From a virus (Duplodnaviria > Caudoviricetes), in IMG/VR virus record IMGVR_UViG_3300031924_000072, positions 1 to 47,631 of that record: a stretch of DNA of 47,631 nucleotides, one strand, 5' to 3'. A program made the translations under genes and the position numbers. The notes beneath the pieces are model-generated. The model ran no database searches, was not told where the DNA came from, and was given only the letters and a program-made list of their open reading frames with translations. Positions 19,421 to 28,911 of the stretch are shown here, in pieces (positions within the stretch are counted from its first letter, which is position 1; each line of letters begins with the position of its first letter).

Positions 19421-21409
19421 TCAAGTCATCCATCGGCTGCGCACCACGCGCCGAGCGGGCGCTGGCGTGCTGCCAGAAGTGCTGAGGCCACCGTCGAATC
19501 GCTGTTCTTGGGTGGCCTCGGGGGTTGTGATTTGTTTGGCAACGACTGGTGGGTCGGTGCCGAGTTGTTTTTCGAGTTCTTGCCAGTGCCGGTCTTCGAA
19601 CCGGTCCAGTCCTGCCGCCGCAGCCGCCGCCCGGGCGTAGACATAGCAGTCGAGTGCCTCATTGCGCTCGCGCATCTTTTGCCATTCGCGGTGGGCAAAG
19701 CCGTTGCGGTCACGCCGAGTGATCAGCTGCTCGGCACAGAGCTGTTGCAGGTATTCGGCATCGACCTTGGGCAGGTGCACGAAACCGGCCGGGTAGATCG
19801 GCGTGACGCCGTCTTCGGCCACCTCGACGCTTTTGCGCAGGTTGTTGTAGAACTCCAGCTTGGCAATGCCGCCAGACACCGGAAACACCTTGATGCCCCG
19901 GCGCAGCTTCTTGCCACTGGCGGTGGCATCCACCGCCGTAGGGGTACCAATCAGTGCGGCACCCCCGGCAATCCCTTTGATCGGCATGAGCCGGGCATCG
20001 CGCACACCGCGCACGAAGGCATAGGCCTCCTGGGTGGCGTAGCCGGTGTCCAAGGCCAGGCGCGCTAGACTCAAATGGCAGCCCGAACTGTGGGTCCAGG
20101 TCTCTCCCATGAGCTTGGCGAGAGCCGACCAAACTTCGGTTCGCGCCGTGTCGCCCATCAGAATCCGGTGCTCCACCAGCCATGCGGCCTTGCCCCGCCC
20201 GAAGGCCCAGATCGAAACCTCGATGCGATCCTTCTGCACGTCAGCACCGGCAGTCAGCAACAGGCCGCCAGCGGGCACGTTGCCGATGCGGTATTCCTCC
20301 CGGCGCTCCAGCAGTCGTTGCCAGTCGGGCGCTTCGCCTTCTTCGACCCAGGTCTCACCCAGTTCGGTGTTTTTGAAAGTCTTGATGGCCGAGGCTGATC
20401 GGCTGTCAGACATGGCAGCCGACTCCCACGCCCGCGCGATCTCGATCCAGCTGCGCCAGCCGACTGGGCTATAAAGACTCGACAGGTGGAACCCGGCCGT
20501 GCGTCCGGCCTGTTCTGGCGCGCAGGCCTGCCACTGGCCGTTTTCCAGCATCCAGGTCTTGTGGTGCTCGGCAATCGGCTGAGTGCAAGACTCGCAGATG
20601 TAGGCAGCTGTCTCGGGTTGGCCCCGCTCCCAGCGCAGCTGCTCAAACCGCAGCCACTGGCGGTGGTCGCAATGCGGGCACGGCACGAAGTAGCGGCGCT
20701 GGTCCGACGCTTCAAACTCGCGCTCCACAGCACTGGCCCCGGCAATCGTGGGGGTCGAGACGATCAGGATCTTGCGCCGGGCAAAGGTGCGGGTACGCGC
20801 CTCGGCCAGGGAAATCGCATCGCCTTCGCCTTCCACATCCAGCGGGTAGCCGTCGACCTCGTCCAGGAACAGGTAGCGCACCGGCATGGAACGCAGGCCC
20901 ACCGCGCTGTTGGCACCGGTCATCACCAGCACGCCGCCATGGAATTCCTTGGCCAAGATGGTGTTGCCCGAGTCGCGGCTGCGCGCGGGCGCGATGCGCT
21001 CCTGGATGGCAGGACTCTCTTCGATCAGCGCGTCAATGCGCTGCTTGGACGCCCGCTTGGCCATCTCGACCGTGGGCCACACCGCCATCATCGGGCCCGG
21101 GGCGTGGTGGATCACGTAGCCAACCCAGTTCAGGCCCAGTTCGGTGCCGCCGACCTGTGCGCCTTTCATGAACACCACCCGCTCGATCGGTGACATCGGG
21201 GACAAGCAGTCCATGATCTCGCGCAAGTAGGGCGTGCGGCTGGTGCGCCAGCGGCCCGGCTCTGATGCAGCCTTGCTGGAGAGCACCCGGTGCTTGTCGG
21301 CCCATTCGGAGACCGTGAGCAGCGGATCGGGTGTGAGGCCTTCTCGCCAGGCGCGCTCGATCGCGTCCCAGCCTTCGTAATACTGCTCGTCCATGGTCAA
21401 TCCACTCAT
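19421..21409 (-). CDS. terL: Terminase large subunit (lambda gpA family)
   Basis: KGAQVGGTE (Walker A variant), LFLDEVD, STPT, CPHC, GADVQ and RNEALDC.VYA. Start may be 21394. Confidence 0.96.
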   Translation of the reverse strand: MSGLTMDEQYYEGWDAIERAWREGLTPDPLLTVSEWADKHRVLSSKAASEPGRWRTSRTPYLREIMDCLSPMSPIERVVFMKGAQVGGTELGLNWVGYVIHHAPGPMMAVWPTVEMAKRASKQRIDALIEESPAIQERIAPARSRDSGNTILAKEFHGGVLVMTGANSAVGLRSMPVRYLFLDEVDGYPLDVEGEGDAISLAEARTRTFARRKILIVSTPTIAGASAVEREFEASDQRRYFVPCPHCDHRQWLRFEQLRWERGQPETAAYICESCTQPIAEHHKTWMLENGQWQACAPEQAGRTAGFHLSSLYSPVGWRSWIEIARAWESAAMSDSRSASAIKTFKNTELGETWVEEGEAPDWQRLLERREEYRIGNVPAGGLLLTAGADVQKDRIEVSIWAFGRGKAAWLVEHRILMGDTARTEVWSALAKLMGETWTHSSGCHLSLARLALDTGYATQEAYAFVRGVRDARLMPIKGIAGGAALIGTPTAVDATASGKKLRRGIKVFPVSGGIAKLEFYNNLRKSVEVAEDGVTPIYPAGFVHLPKVDAEYLQQLCAEQLITRRDRNGFAHREWQKMRERNEALDCYVYARAAAAAAGLDRFEDRHWQELEKQLGTDPPVVAKQITTPEATQEQRFDGGLSTSGSTPAPARRVVRSRWMT

Positions 21410-21984
21410 CAGTCCACTTTGGGCTGCAAGTCGCCCAGGTCCTGCAGTTGCTGGCGCACAGCAGCGTCCAGCGCCACATGCAAGACATGCGCATCGACGC
21501 CCAGCCCTGCGGCCATCTGTGACGAAATGCGCGCTGGCCAGTTCAGCCAGGCATCCCGCTCGGCACGGGCCAGCTTGAACACGTGGGCCACGGCCTGTGA
21601 CCGATCGACCAGCTCACCCTTCAGGCGAGCAAGACGCACCTTGTTGGTCTGCGCCTTGACCACCTCGTTGACCGTACGCGCCTGCAGCAGTGACGTACCA
21701 CCGGAGGACAGCGCCGGGGTAGGTGGCTCTGGCGCGTCACGCACAACCTTTGCGGAAGCCTGCGGAATCTCGCGGGCAGATACGGAAACCTGCGGAGTCT
21801 CCCTGGCCTCAGCAGTCACCGACCGCCGGGTTGGTGTGGTGTTGGCCGCCCACTGGGCATCGGCCACCACCGGATCGATGGTGCCGTCTGGCAACTGGCT
21901 GATGCGCCCGGTATCGATGGCCTTCTTGACGGCCACGTGCGACACGCCTCGTTGGCGCGCGTAGGCGCGAATGGACAGTCCCAT
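21409..21984 (-). CDS. terS: Terminase small subunit (Nu1-like)
   Basis: N-terminal HTH (SIRAYARQRGVSHVAV.KAI..GRI) and C-terminal ..GELVD; directly upstream of terL. Confidence 0.8.
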   Translation of the reverse strand: MGLSIRAYARQRGVSHVAVKKAIDTGRISQLPDGTIDPVVADAQWAANTTPTRRSVTAEARETPQVSVSAREIPQASAKVVRDAPEPPTPALSSGGTSLLQARTVNEVVKAQTNKVRLARLKGELVDRSQAVAHVFKLARAERDAWLNWPARISSQMAAGLGVDAHVLHVALDAAVRQQLQDLGDLQPKVD

Positions 21985-22070
21985 GGTGTTGATCTACTCA
22001 GTGCAAGTGGGTGGCCTCCTGGAGGTATGGGTCAGGCAAAGGCGAGTGAATCACCCGGGATTAAAAAGCG

Positions 22071-22101
22071 CTTGGCTTCTGTGGCGCACAGCGCGTGAAT
22101 G
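22071..22101 (+). promoter_or_regulatory. Conserved promoter-like motif, copy 1
   Basis: CTTGGCTT-N10-CAGCGCG-TGAATG, ~40 nt before ATG 22141. Confidence 0.7.
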
Positions 22102-22140
22102 CGGATGTCGATTGACAAGCAACCCACCAAGGAGCCCCAC

Positions 22141-22431
22141 ATGGCCAAACCCAAGCAACCCACCGCACTCTCCACCGACGAGATCGAGCTTTTGCTCGAA
22201 TCGATTGCCCTGGACCACCTGTTCATCGAAACCCTGCAAACCCGCCACCGCGACAGTTTGGACTTCCACGACGTCAGCGTCTGGGGTGTCAAAAGCGCCT
22301 TGCAGGCCGCGTTTGATGCTGGCCTGCGTGCCGCTGGAGGCGCACCAAAACAGACCGTGCATCGCGTGCGCAAAGTCACCACAGCACATCAAACCAGTGG
22401 CAACGGCAGCGCCGCCGCCCTACAAGCGTGA
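22141..22431 (+). CDS. DUF6900-like small protein
   Basis: IA..HL.IETL.TR..DSLDFHDVSVW.VK.AL.AA; GGAG RBS. Confidence 0.75.
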   Translation: MAKPKQPTALSTDEIELLLESIALDHLFIETLQTRHRDSLDFHDVSVWGVKSALQAAFDAGLRAAGGAPKQTVHRVRKVTTAHQTSGNGSAAALQA

Positions 22432-22438
22432 GGGTGCT

Positions 22439-23005
22439 ATGACCATTTCACTCAACCCCAACCAACAGGCCATCCTGGAGCACGCCGTTCAAGACAGCGG
22501 CGGCAAGATCGCCTGGTTCCCCGAGCACATCAAGGGCGGCGCCCGCGCCAAGGTGCTCGAAGGCTTGTTCAAACGCGCCCTGATCACGCCCGATGGCGAT
22601 GACTGGGTGGTGGCCGCCGAGGGCTACGACGCCCTGGGCCTGCCCCGACCGGGCGCCTTGCCACCGACCATCACGCTCGACGACCCGGAGCTGGAAGCCG
22701 ATGTCGCCAGTGCAGAGGCCAGTTGGCAGCAGCCCGCCAAGGACAAGCCGGTTCGCACCCGAGCCGACAGCAAGCAGGCCCTGGTCATTGGCCTGCTGCA
22801 GCGCCCTGAAGGCGCCACCATCGCGCAGATCATGGAGGCCACGGGGTGGCAACAGCACACCGTGCGCGGGACCCTGGCCGGCACGCTCAAGAAGCGTTTG
22901 GGGCTGACCATCACATCAGCCAAGGAGGCCGGTGGTCAGCGCGTTTACCGCATCGAGTCCGCGTCCGCAGGCACCGCTACCGCTATCAATTCGGAGGCTG
23001 CATGA
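22439..23005 (+). CDS. DUF3489-domain (wHTH-like) protein
   Basis: SKQA.VI.LL.RPEGATI..I..ATGWQ.HTVRG...G.LKK.LGL. Confidence 0.85.
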   Translation: MTISLNPNQQAILEHAVQDSGGKIAWFPEHIKGGARAKVLEGLFKRALITPDGDDWVVAAEGYDALGLPRPGALPPTITLDDPELEADVASAEASWQQPAKDKPVRTRADSKQALVIGLLQRPEGATIAQIMEATGWQQHTVRGTLAGTLKKRLGLTITSAKEAGGQRVYRIESASAGTATAINSEAA

Positions 23006-23361
23006 ACGCCTGCCGCAACTTTGCTCGGATCGATGAACTCGGGCGGCGCCTGGCCGACCAGGCGTTTCGCACCCTGATCAGCCTGTGCCCCGAAATCCGC
23101 GGCGCCAGCCCAGCGCGCCAGGAGGCGGTGTGTGCCGCGATGCGGGCCAAGGTGGCGCCAAGCATCGACAGCTTGCTCGAAGACGCGCGGCTCGCGCCCT
23201 GTTTGGCCGAAGCGGCGTTTCACAACGCTGTGATCACCCTAGCGCTAGCCGGCGTCGAAGCCTTGCAGGCCAAGGCCGTGAGCCCCAAGTACCAATCAAC
23301 CAACCAAGTCTCCAATCAAACCAGAAAGGCCCGTCATGCCCAGCATGTCCATCACCATTGA
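23002..23361 (+). CDS. Hypothetical protein
   Basis: GGAGG RBS; ATGA overlap with the upstream stop. Confidence 0.55.
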   Translation: MNACRNFARIDELGRRLADQAFRTLISLCPEIRGASPARQEAVCAAMRAKVAPSIDSLLEDARLAPCLAEAAFHNAVITLALAGVEALQAKAVSPKYQSTNQVSNQTRKARHAQHVHHH

Positions 23362-23695
23362 ACGCACCCCCTTGACCCTCCAGTGGGAGGGCCAAGATAT
23401 CCAGGTCGAGCAGCTCGGCATCCGGCTGCCCTTTGCGCGCAAGCCCGAGAATCTCAGGGACATGAGCGCCAGCGGCGACTACATCGTCTACGTCACCGAG
23501 ACCCGGACCATGACGCCCGAGGAGTTCGATGGCTTTGCTGCCAACCTGCTGGTCTCGCGCGACTGGCTGGCCGGCAAGGGTGGCTATGTTGGCCAGGGGC
23601 GTTTGTGCGTGGAAGTCCATGCCCCCGGACGCCCGTGCCTCTATGTCGATCCGTCTGGCGGGGACTACGCCCGCTACGCGGCCCGCCTGAGGTAG
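23336..23695 (+). CDS. Hypothetical phage protein
   Basis: FARKP and Y.DPSG.DYARY motifs; part of the small-gene cluster. Confidence 0.65.
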   Translation: MPSMSITIERTPLTLQWEGQDIQVEQLGIRLPFARKPENLRDMSASGDYIVYVTETRTMTPEEFDGFAANLLVSRDWLAGKGGYVGQGRLCVEVHAPGRPCLYVDPSGGDYARYAARLR

Positions 23696-23735
23696 TGGCT
23701 GTGAGGCCACGCTGTTCATCTTCTGCAATCAAAGC

Positions 23736-23766
23736 CTTGGCTTTGCATCGCAGCAGCGCGTCAATG
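23736..23766 (+). promoter_or_regulatory. Conserved promoter-like motif, copy 2
   Basis: CTTGGCTT-N10-CAGCGCG-TCAATG, ~35 nt before ATG 23801. Confidence 0.7.
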
Positions 23767-23800
23767 GGGTCATTGCCCAACGATTGAACGGAGCCCCACC

Positions 23801-24064
23801 ATGACCCTCGACCTCGACACCCTGATGCGCCAGATGACCGAGCAAAAGGCCAAAGATGCCTTGCTCACCGCCCGGTCCACCCTGGAGCGCAGTCTGCGCG
23901 AGTTGGACCACTACATCGAGCGGCTCGACACGGCCGAAACGCCGCACGACAAATCGCAGGTGATGAACTGGGCGCTCAACGCCCTGGCCTGCAACATCAC
24001 GCCCAACCTGCGCCTGGACCTGATCGCCAACGCCCAAGCCGAACTGGCCAGCGTCGCAAAATGA
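23801..24064 (+). CDS. Hypothetical helical protein (87 aa)
   Basis: GGAG RBS; preceded by the conserved motif. Confidence 0.65.
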   Translation: MTLDLDTLMRQMTEQKAKDALLTARSTLERSLRELDHYIERLDTAETPHDKSQVMNWALNALACNITPNLRLDLIANAQAELASVAK

Positions 24065-24093
24065 TCACGCTCTCAAAAAATGATCGAGAAAGC

Positions 24094-24124
24094 CTTGGCT
24101 TCCATGCCCTACAGCGCGTCAATG
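24094..24124 (+). promoter_or_regulatory. Conserved promoter-like motif, copy 3
   Basis: CTTGGCTT-N10-CAGCGCG-TCAATG, ~30 nt before ATG 24154. Confidence 0.7.
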
Positions 24125-24153
24125 GAGTCATCGCCAACACAGAAACAGAGCCG

Positions 24154-24531
24154 ATGATGACCACCACCCAGCAAGCAAAAATTCCTGCAACTCAAAATGA
24201 GTCGTGGGGCCTATTTGGGACCCTCGGCAAGCACGCCGAAGCCGCCTGGCCGATCGCAATGACTGCGATTTCGGACGCCACCAACCAGCCTCTCGACTCG
24301 GTCCGCGCCTTCCTGGACAGCCGCCACGGACGCCACTTTGCCGACGATGTGCTCAACGGCCTGCACGCCGAATTGAACCTGCAGGAGGCGATCCACGCCG
24401 CCACCCAACGCTGGATGGGCTGGACCATCGGCCGCCTGACCAGCAAGCAGCACGGGATTCCCAAGGGGCTGCCCTACCTGACGGGCTTTGTAATTCACTG
24501 CGAGATCGTCGAGGAGGCCCTGCCCGACTGA
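24154..24531 (+). CDS. Hypothetical phage protein
   Basis: N.SWG..GT and FLDS.HGRHFADDV motifs; start placed after the promoter motif. Confidence 0.65.
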   Translation: MMTTTQQAKIPATQNESWGLFGTLGKHAEAAWPIAMTAISDATNQPLDSVRAFLDSRHGRHFADDVLNGLHAELNLQEAIHAATQRWMGWTIGRLTSKQHGIPKGLPYLTGFVIHCEIVEEALPD

Positions 24532-24743
24532 CGCACTCGCAGGGCTTCAAAGCCCCGGCGCAGCGCGTAGCTGCGCACGATCGAGACGGCCGTGAAGATC
24601 AAGCCGATCAGCAGGTTTTCGGTGACGGTCACGGCCAGGCCGAACAGCGGGAACACCGCCATCTGTGTGGCCACCGCCACGACATAACCCACCAGCACAT
24701 TGGCCAGCGACTCCACGAGGGACATCAGGCGCGACTGCTTCAT
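24495..24743 (-). CDS. Small membrane protein often following phage MTases (DUF7220-like)
   Basis: MKQSR.MSLVES..NV.VG...FT.VS..RSY.LRR.F; coupled to the MTase stop. Confidence 0.7.
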   Translation of the reverse strand: MKQSRLMSLVESLANVLVGYVVAVATQMAVFPLFGLAVTVTENLLIGLIFTAVSIVRSYALRRGFEALRVRQSGRASSTISQ

Positions 24744-26032
24744 GCGTCGGCCTCCGCTGCATCAGTCGTGACAGCCACACCTGCCAAAGCCGCCAAGTCG
24801 TTGAACTTGACCTCGTCAAGTTCCCGGTAGGCTTCTTGCCCGCTCCAGTCCTGCCAACGGCGCACGATCACGTCCACGTACTTGGGATCGAGTTCGATGA
24901 GCCAGCCGATGCGACCGGTTTTTTCTGCGGCGATGAGGGTGGTGCCAGAGCCGCCGAACGGGTCGAGCACGATGTCACCCGGTCGGCTGGAATTGCGGAT
25001 GGCCCGCTCGACCAACTCCACCGGCTTCATGGTCGGGTGCAGGTCGTTTTTCTGCGGCTTCTTGATGTTCCAGACATCGCCCTGGTCGCGATCCCCGCAC
25101 CAGTGGCGATTCTCTCCCTCGGGCCAGCCGTAGAGGATGGGCTCGTACTGGCGCTGGTAGTCGGCGCGGCCAAGTGTGAAGGTGTTCTTGGCCCAGATGA
25201 TGAAGGTAGACCACTTGCCCCCGGCAGCACGGAAGGCCTGCTGCAGCGTGTCCAGTTCGCTGGAGGACATGGCAATGTAGGTGGCGCCTGCACAGCGCTC
25301 GAGCATCGGCGTCAATGCCGCCAGCAAGAAATCGTAGAAGCCATCGCCCAGGTTGTCGTTCAGGATCGGACGGTCCTTGCCACGCATCTTGTCCTTCGCG
25401 CTATTAGCATAGTCCACGTTGTACGGTGGATCGGTGAACACCATGTTGGCTTGGGCGTCGGCCATCAGCAGCTCGTAGCTCCTAGGGTCGGTGGCATCGC
25501 CACACACCAGTCGGTGCTTGCCCAGCTCCCAAACATCGCCAGGGCGGGAGATCAGGGTGGCCGACACATCGGGAACGGCATCGTCATCGGTTTGGCCATC
25601 GACCGTGGTCTCTTCGCCCGCCATGATTTCGGCCAGGGCGTCGGCATCGAAGCCGGTGATGTCCAGATTGAAACCATCCTCCTGCAAGGACTGCAGTTCG
25701 ATGCGAAGCATGGTCTCGTCCCAGCCAGCGTTTTCTGCAATGCGGTTGTCCGCAATGATGAGCGCACGGCGCTGGGTGGGCGTCAGGTGATCGAGCACGA
25801 CCACGGGCACGGTGTCCAGGCCCAGCTTTTGCGCAGCGGCCAACCGTCCGTGACCGGCGACGATCACGCCATCAGACCCCGCCAGGATCGGATTGGTGAA
25901 ACCGAACTCGACGATGGAGGCGGCAATCTGTGCCACCTGCTCTTCGGAGTGGGTCCGGGCGTTGCGGGCGTAGGGCACGAGCTTGGCAGTCGGCCAGCGT
26001 TCGATGTGGGTAGAAAGCCAGGGTTCAGACAT
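24740..26032 (-). CDS. ParB-fused DNA methyltransferase, beta class, DPPY (N6-adenine likely)
   Basis: PYARNARTH, AGHGRL and ADNR (ParB-like); FTDPPY; HPTMKP; DPFGGSGTT. Confidence 0.93.
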   Translation of the reverse strand: MSEPWLSTHIERWPTAKLVPYARNARTHSEEQVAQIAASIVEFGFTNPILAGSDGVIVAGHGRLAAAQKLGLDTVPVVVLDHLTPTQRRALIIADNRIAENAGWDETMLRIELQSLQEDGFNLDITGFDADALAEIMAGEETTVDGQTDDDAVPDVSATLISRPGDVWELGKHRLVCGDATDPRSYELLMADAQANMVFTDPPYNVDYANSAKDKMRGKDRPILNDNLGDGFYDFLLAALTPMLERCAGATYIAMSSSELDTLQQAFRAAGGKWSTFIIWAKNTFTLGRADYQRQYEPILYGWPEGENRHWCGDRDQGDVWNIKKPQKNDLHPTMKPVELVERAIRNSSRPGDIVLDPFGGSGTTLIAAEKTGRIGWLIELDPKYVDVIVRRWQDWSGQEAYRELDEVKFNDLAALAGVAVTTDAAEADA

Positions 26033-26474
26033 GGACCAACCCCGTTTCATAGACGGTCTTACCCTGGTTCAGCTTGGCCGTGAGCAGCTGGGTGCGCTCA
26101 TTCGAGATCGCCACTGCCAGATGGGTCCACCGTCCGAACTCGTGAATGATCTGCACGCAGGGCAGCTTCAACTGGTGGGCGGCCTGGCATACGAGCAACG
26201 GCGTCATACCTGGCACGATGAGGTCCGCCGCACGCCCTTGCATGTGGTGGCTGGTCGGACTGCCGCCGATCGCGCGGTTCAATGCCGGCGAGCGGTAGCC
26301 GGAGGTGATCACCACCGGACGCTTGAGGTGAACGCGCAGCGGCTGCAGTACCGACTGACACAGCCGACGCAAGTTCTCGATGACTTCGGGTGTGGGCTCG
26401 TTGGCAATGCCACGGCGAGCCGCCGTTTCTGAGACCAGAAGCTCGGCCAGTTCGAAATGTTCAGACAGTTGCAT
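26025..26474 (-). CDS. Peptidase M15A-family endolysin
   Basis: LS.HF...E, ITSGYRS..LN.AIGG...SHH..G.AAD and W.H Zn-peptidase motifs. Confidence 0.85.
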   Translation of the reverse strand: MQLSEHFELAELLVSETAARRGIANEPTPEVIENLRRLCQSVLQPLRVHLKRPVVITSGYRSPALNRAIGGSPTSHHMQGRAADLIVPGMTPLLVCQAAHQLKLPCVQIIHEFGRWTHLAVAISNERTQLLTAKLNQGKTVYETGLVHV

Positions 26475-27885
26475 GTTCGCTCTCTTGTCGATGCTCGGCT
26501 TTGCGTTGTTGAGCAACAACCTCAAAGGGTTCTCCGGTGGCGGCCAGGGTGACCGGCACGCCAGGGAAGTTCTGTTGGAAACGGAACAGCGCCACGTCGA
26601 CATACTCGGGTGCGATCTCCACGGCGCGGCCCATGCGACCGGTGCGTTGGGCGGCCATCAGCGTGGTGCCGCTGCCGCCAAAGGGCTCAAACACGATCTC
26701 GCCTTCATTGGTGTACGCCTCAATGACCTCCACCGGCAGCGTCACCGGAAACACGGCCGGGTGATCAATGTCCTTGCCGATCTTTCCCTTGTGGCGCATG
26801 ACCCGGATGACGGAGTCAGGGATGCGGTGGTCCTGGGTCGGTTGACCGGCAGCGGTCCAGCCGTTGACTTGGCCATCCTTGCCGCGCATCGCGGTCGAGG
26901 ATCCGTCGGCGCGCAGGTGCGTTTCCTGACCGGCAAACTTGCAGGGCACCGTCTTGTTGGGTTTGCGCGTTTGCCGGTTGAAGTGGAAGATGAATTCAAA
27001 GCTCGGCGCCAGGCGCCCCTGCCAGTCGCCGGGCATCCCTGGCCCCTGGTCCCAGACGTACCAAGCAAAGCGCCGCCAGCCTTGTGTCCGCATCCAGTCG
27101 AGCCATGCGTCCCAATACGGGATGAACTCGTTGTCGCGGTGGATCAGGCCAAGGTTGACCAGCAGCTGGCCATCGGCGGCCATGGGCACTTGCGCGAACA
27201 CGCCGCGCATCAGGCCATCCCAGTCGGCAATGCCGCCAGAGGTGTAGTCGCGCTGGTTGCCATAGGGCGGCGAGGTGAAACACAGACTGGCCTGCTCGCC
27301 CTGCATCAGGGTGGCGACCACTGCTGGATTGCTGGCATCGCCGCAGATCAGGCGGTGCGGGCCCAGCTGCCAGACATCGTCCGGGCGAGAGATGGGCTGC
27401 TTGGGTGGTTCGGGAACGTCGTTTTCCTCATCGGCATCCGACTCATCTCCAGACTCGCCGCCTTCACCATCACCCAAATCGGCCAGCATCCTGGCGAGCT
27501 CGTCATCGTCGAATCCGGTAAGCAGCAGTTCGTATCCGGCCTCGGATAACTCGGCCAGTTCAAGCGCCAGCAACTCGTCGTCCCACCCGGCGTCTAGCGC
27601 CAGGCGGTTGTCGGCGATCACGTAGGCACGCTTTTGCGCCGGGGTGAGGTGACCCAGTTCAATGACCGGGACCTCGGGCAACTCCAGCTTGCGCGCGGCC
27701 GCGAGGCGTCCGTGGCCCGCAATAATGCCGTTGTCGCCATCGACCAAGATGGGTTGCGTCCAGCCAAACTCCACGATGCTGGCCGCGATCTTGGCAATCT
27801 GCGCCGGGGAATGCGTGCGGGGATTCCTCGCATACGGCAGCAGCGCATCGATCGGTCGATATTCGATCTGCAGGTTGGGCGTCAT
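26461..27885 (-). CDS. ParB-fused DNA methyltransferase, beta class, SPPY (N4-cytosine or N6-adenine)
   Basis: ParB-like N-terminus; FTSPPY; HPAVFP; EPFGGSGTT. Confidence 0.93.
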   Translation of the reverse strand: MTPNLQIEYRPIDALLPYARNPRTHSPAQIAKIAASIVEFGWTQPILVDGDNGIIAGHGRLAAARKLELPEVPVIELGHLTPAQKRAYVIADNRLALDAGWDDELLALELAELSEAGYELLLTGFDDDELARMLADLGDGEGGESGDESDADEENDVPEPPKQPISRPDDVWQLGPHRLICGDASNPAVVATLMQGEQASLCFTSPPYGNQRDYTSGGIADWDGLMRGVFAQVPMAADGQLLVNLGLIHRDNEFIPYWDAWLDWMRTQGWRRFAWYVWDQGPGMPGDWQGRLAPSFEFIFHFNRQTRKPNKTVPCKFAGQETHLRADGSSTAMRGKDGQVNGWTAAGQPTQDHRIPDSVIRVMRHKGKIGKDIDHPAVFPVTLPVEVIEAYTNEGEIVFEPFGGSGTTLMAAQRTGRMGRAVEIAPEYVDVALFRFQQNFPGVPVTLAATGEPFEVVAQQRKAEHRQESEHATV

Positions 27886-27892
27886 GGAATTG

Positions 27893-27924
27893 AAAAACCC
27901 GCCGAGCGTTGCCGCCGGGCGGGT
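27893..27924 (-). terminator. Terminator-like hairpin in the late-operon leader
   Basis: ACCCGCC-14 nt-GGCGGGT followed by TTTT, a few nt before the MTase ATG at 27885. Confidence 0.5.
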
Positions 27925-27942
27925 GGGAAATATTCAGGAGGT

Positions 27943-28071
27943 GGTAACTGTCTGGGGTGGTGGTAACCACAGGCCGGTAACCTGGCCGGGTGGTAACCTG
28001 TTTTTCAGGGCAGACGCTATCGAAATCTCGCGCTGTTGCCCCCCGCATACCGTTTTGGCCAGGAAGGACCC
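27943..28071 (-). other. Putative cos packaging site (cosQ-, cosN- and cosB-like elements)
   Basis: GGGTCCT (identical to lambda cosQ) at 28071-28065, then TATGCGGGGGGCAACAGCGCG resembling lambda cosN, then four GTTACC repeats (plus-strand GGTAAC at 27943, 27962, 27976, 27992). Confidence 0.65.
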
Positions 28072-28315
28072 ATCGATTGTCCGCAGGACTCCGCATTCAT
28101 CTGATTGGCACAAGCCATCAGGCGTTTGCATCGCTTCGCATCTGTCGGGGTGCAAGGTTGCAGTCGGAAGATCACGCCCGCTGCTCACACCGCTGTCCTG
28201 ACCATAGCTGAAACTGTAGGCCCAAACCGGGCAAAACGCGACAGGGGGTGTTTTGGCATCTGTCATCACCATCCCCCACCACCCCGCGCCCGTCTTCGAT
28301 TTGCCGCGACTTCAA

Positions 28316-28708
28316 TCAGTGCCCCTTGTTCAGGTGCAGAACGACCAGATGAATAGCGGCGTCGTACCGCCGCTGCGCAGTTCTTGCCGCGCAGGCAAAC
28401 CGCCGACCGATCTGCTCCCAGCGATACCGGTTCGAGCGCATCCAGACCAGGTGTCGCTGCTCCACCTCCAGCCACTGCACCCAGCGCATGGTCTCCAGCA
28501 TTCGCTCCACGGCATGGGGGCTGGGAGGCATGGGCCGGTATAGCCGCTCGGGATCGGGGTAGCGCTCGGGCACTTGGAAGGCCAGGGTCATCCACGGGTT
28601 GAAGTAGCCGCCGGGTCTGACCCGGGGCAGCTTGTGCGCGGTTTCGGCAGCTTCAGCAAATCGGGCGGCCACATCCTCGACAGTCCATTCGGTTCGTGTC
28701 TCAGTCAT
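28316..28708 (-). CDS. Putative late-gene regulator (DUF6362-like, sigma region 4-type C-terminus)
   Basis: V..RF.EAA.T...LP and LVWMR....RW..I HTH-like segment; last gene before cos and the late operon. Confidence 0.65.
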   Translation of the reverse strand: MTETRTEWTVEDVAARFAEAAETAHKLPRVRPGGYFNPWMTLAFQVPERYPDPERLYRPMPPSPHAVERMLETMRWVQWLEVEQRHLVWMRSNRYRWEQIGRRFACAARTAQRRYDAAIHLVVLHLNKGH

Positions 28709-28910
28709 GGCGCTTGCCTCCATCACCGTAGAGGCGTTCGCCCAGCCTGCGCACGAACTGTTTCTCCACCCAGTCGAGCCGTTCGTCGTGCTCGCTGACC
28801 ACCAGGATGTGATCGGTGCGCCAGCCCTCGCGTTTGACGGCGTCCAGGTCGGGGGTGGTCGGCTGCAGGTTGCCCAAGGGGCAGCGGTAGCGGTATTGAG
28901 GCACCTTCAT
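28701..28910 (-). CDS. Hypothetical phage protein
   Basis: MKVPQYRYRCPLG..QP...D...VKREGW...; GGAGGG RBS. Confidence 0.6.
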   Translation of the reverse strand: MKVPQYRYRCPLGNLQPTTPDLDAVKREGWRTDHILVVSEHDERLDWVEKQFVRRLGERLYGDGGKRHD

Positions 28911-28911
28911 G

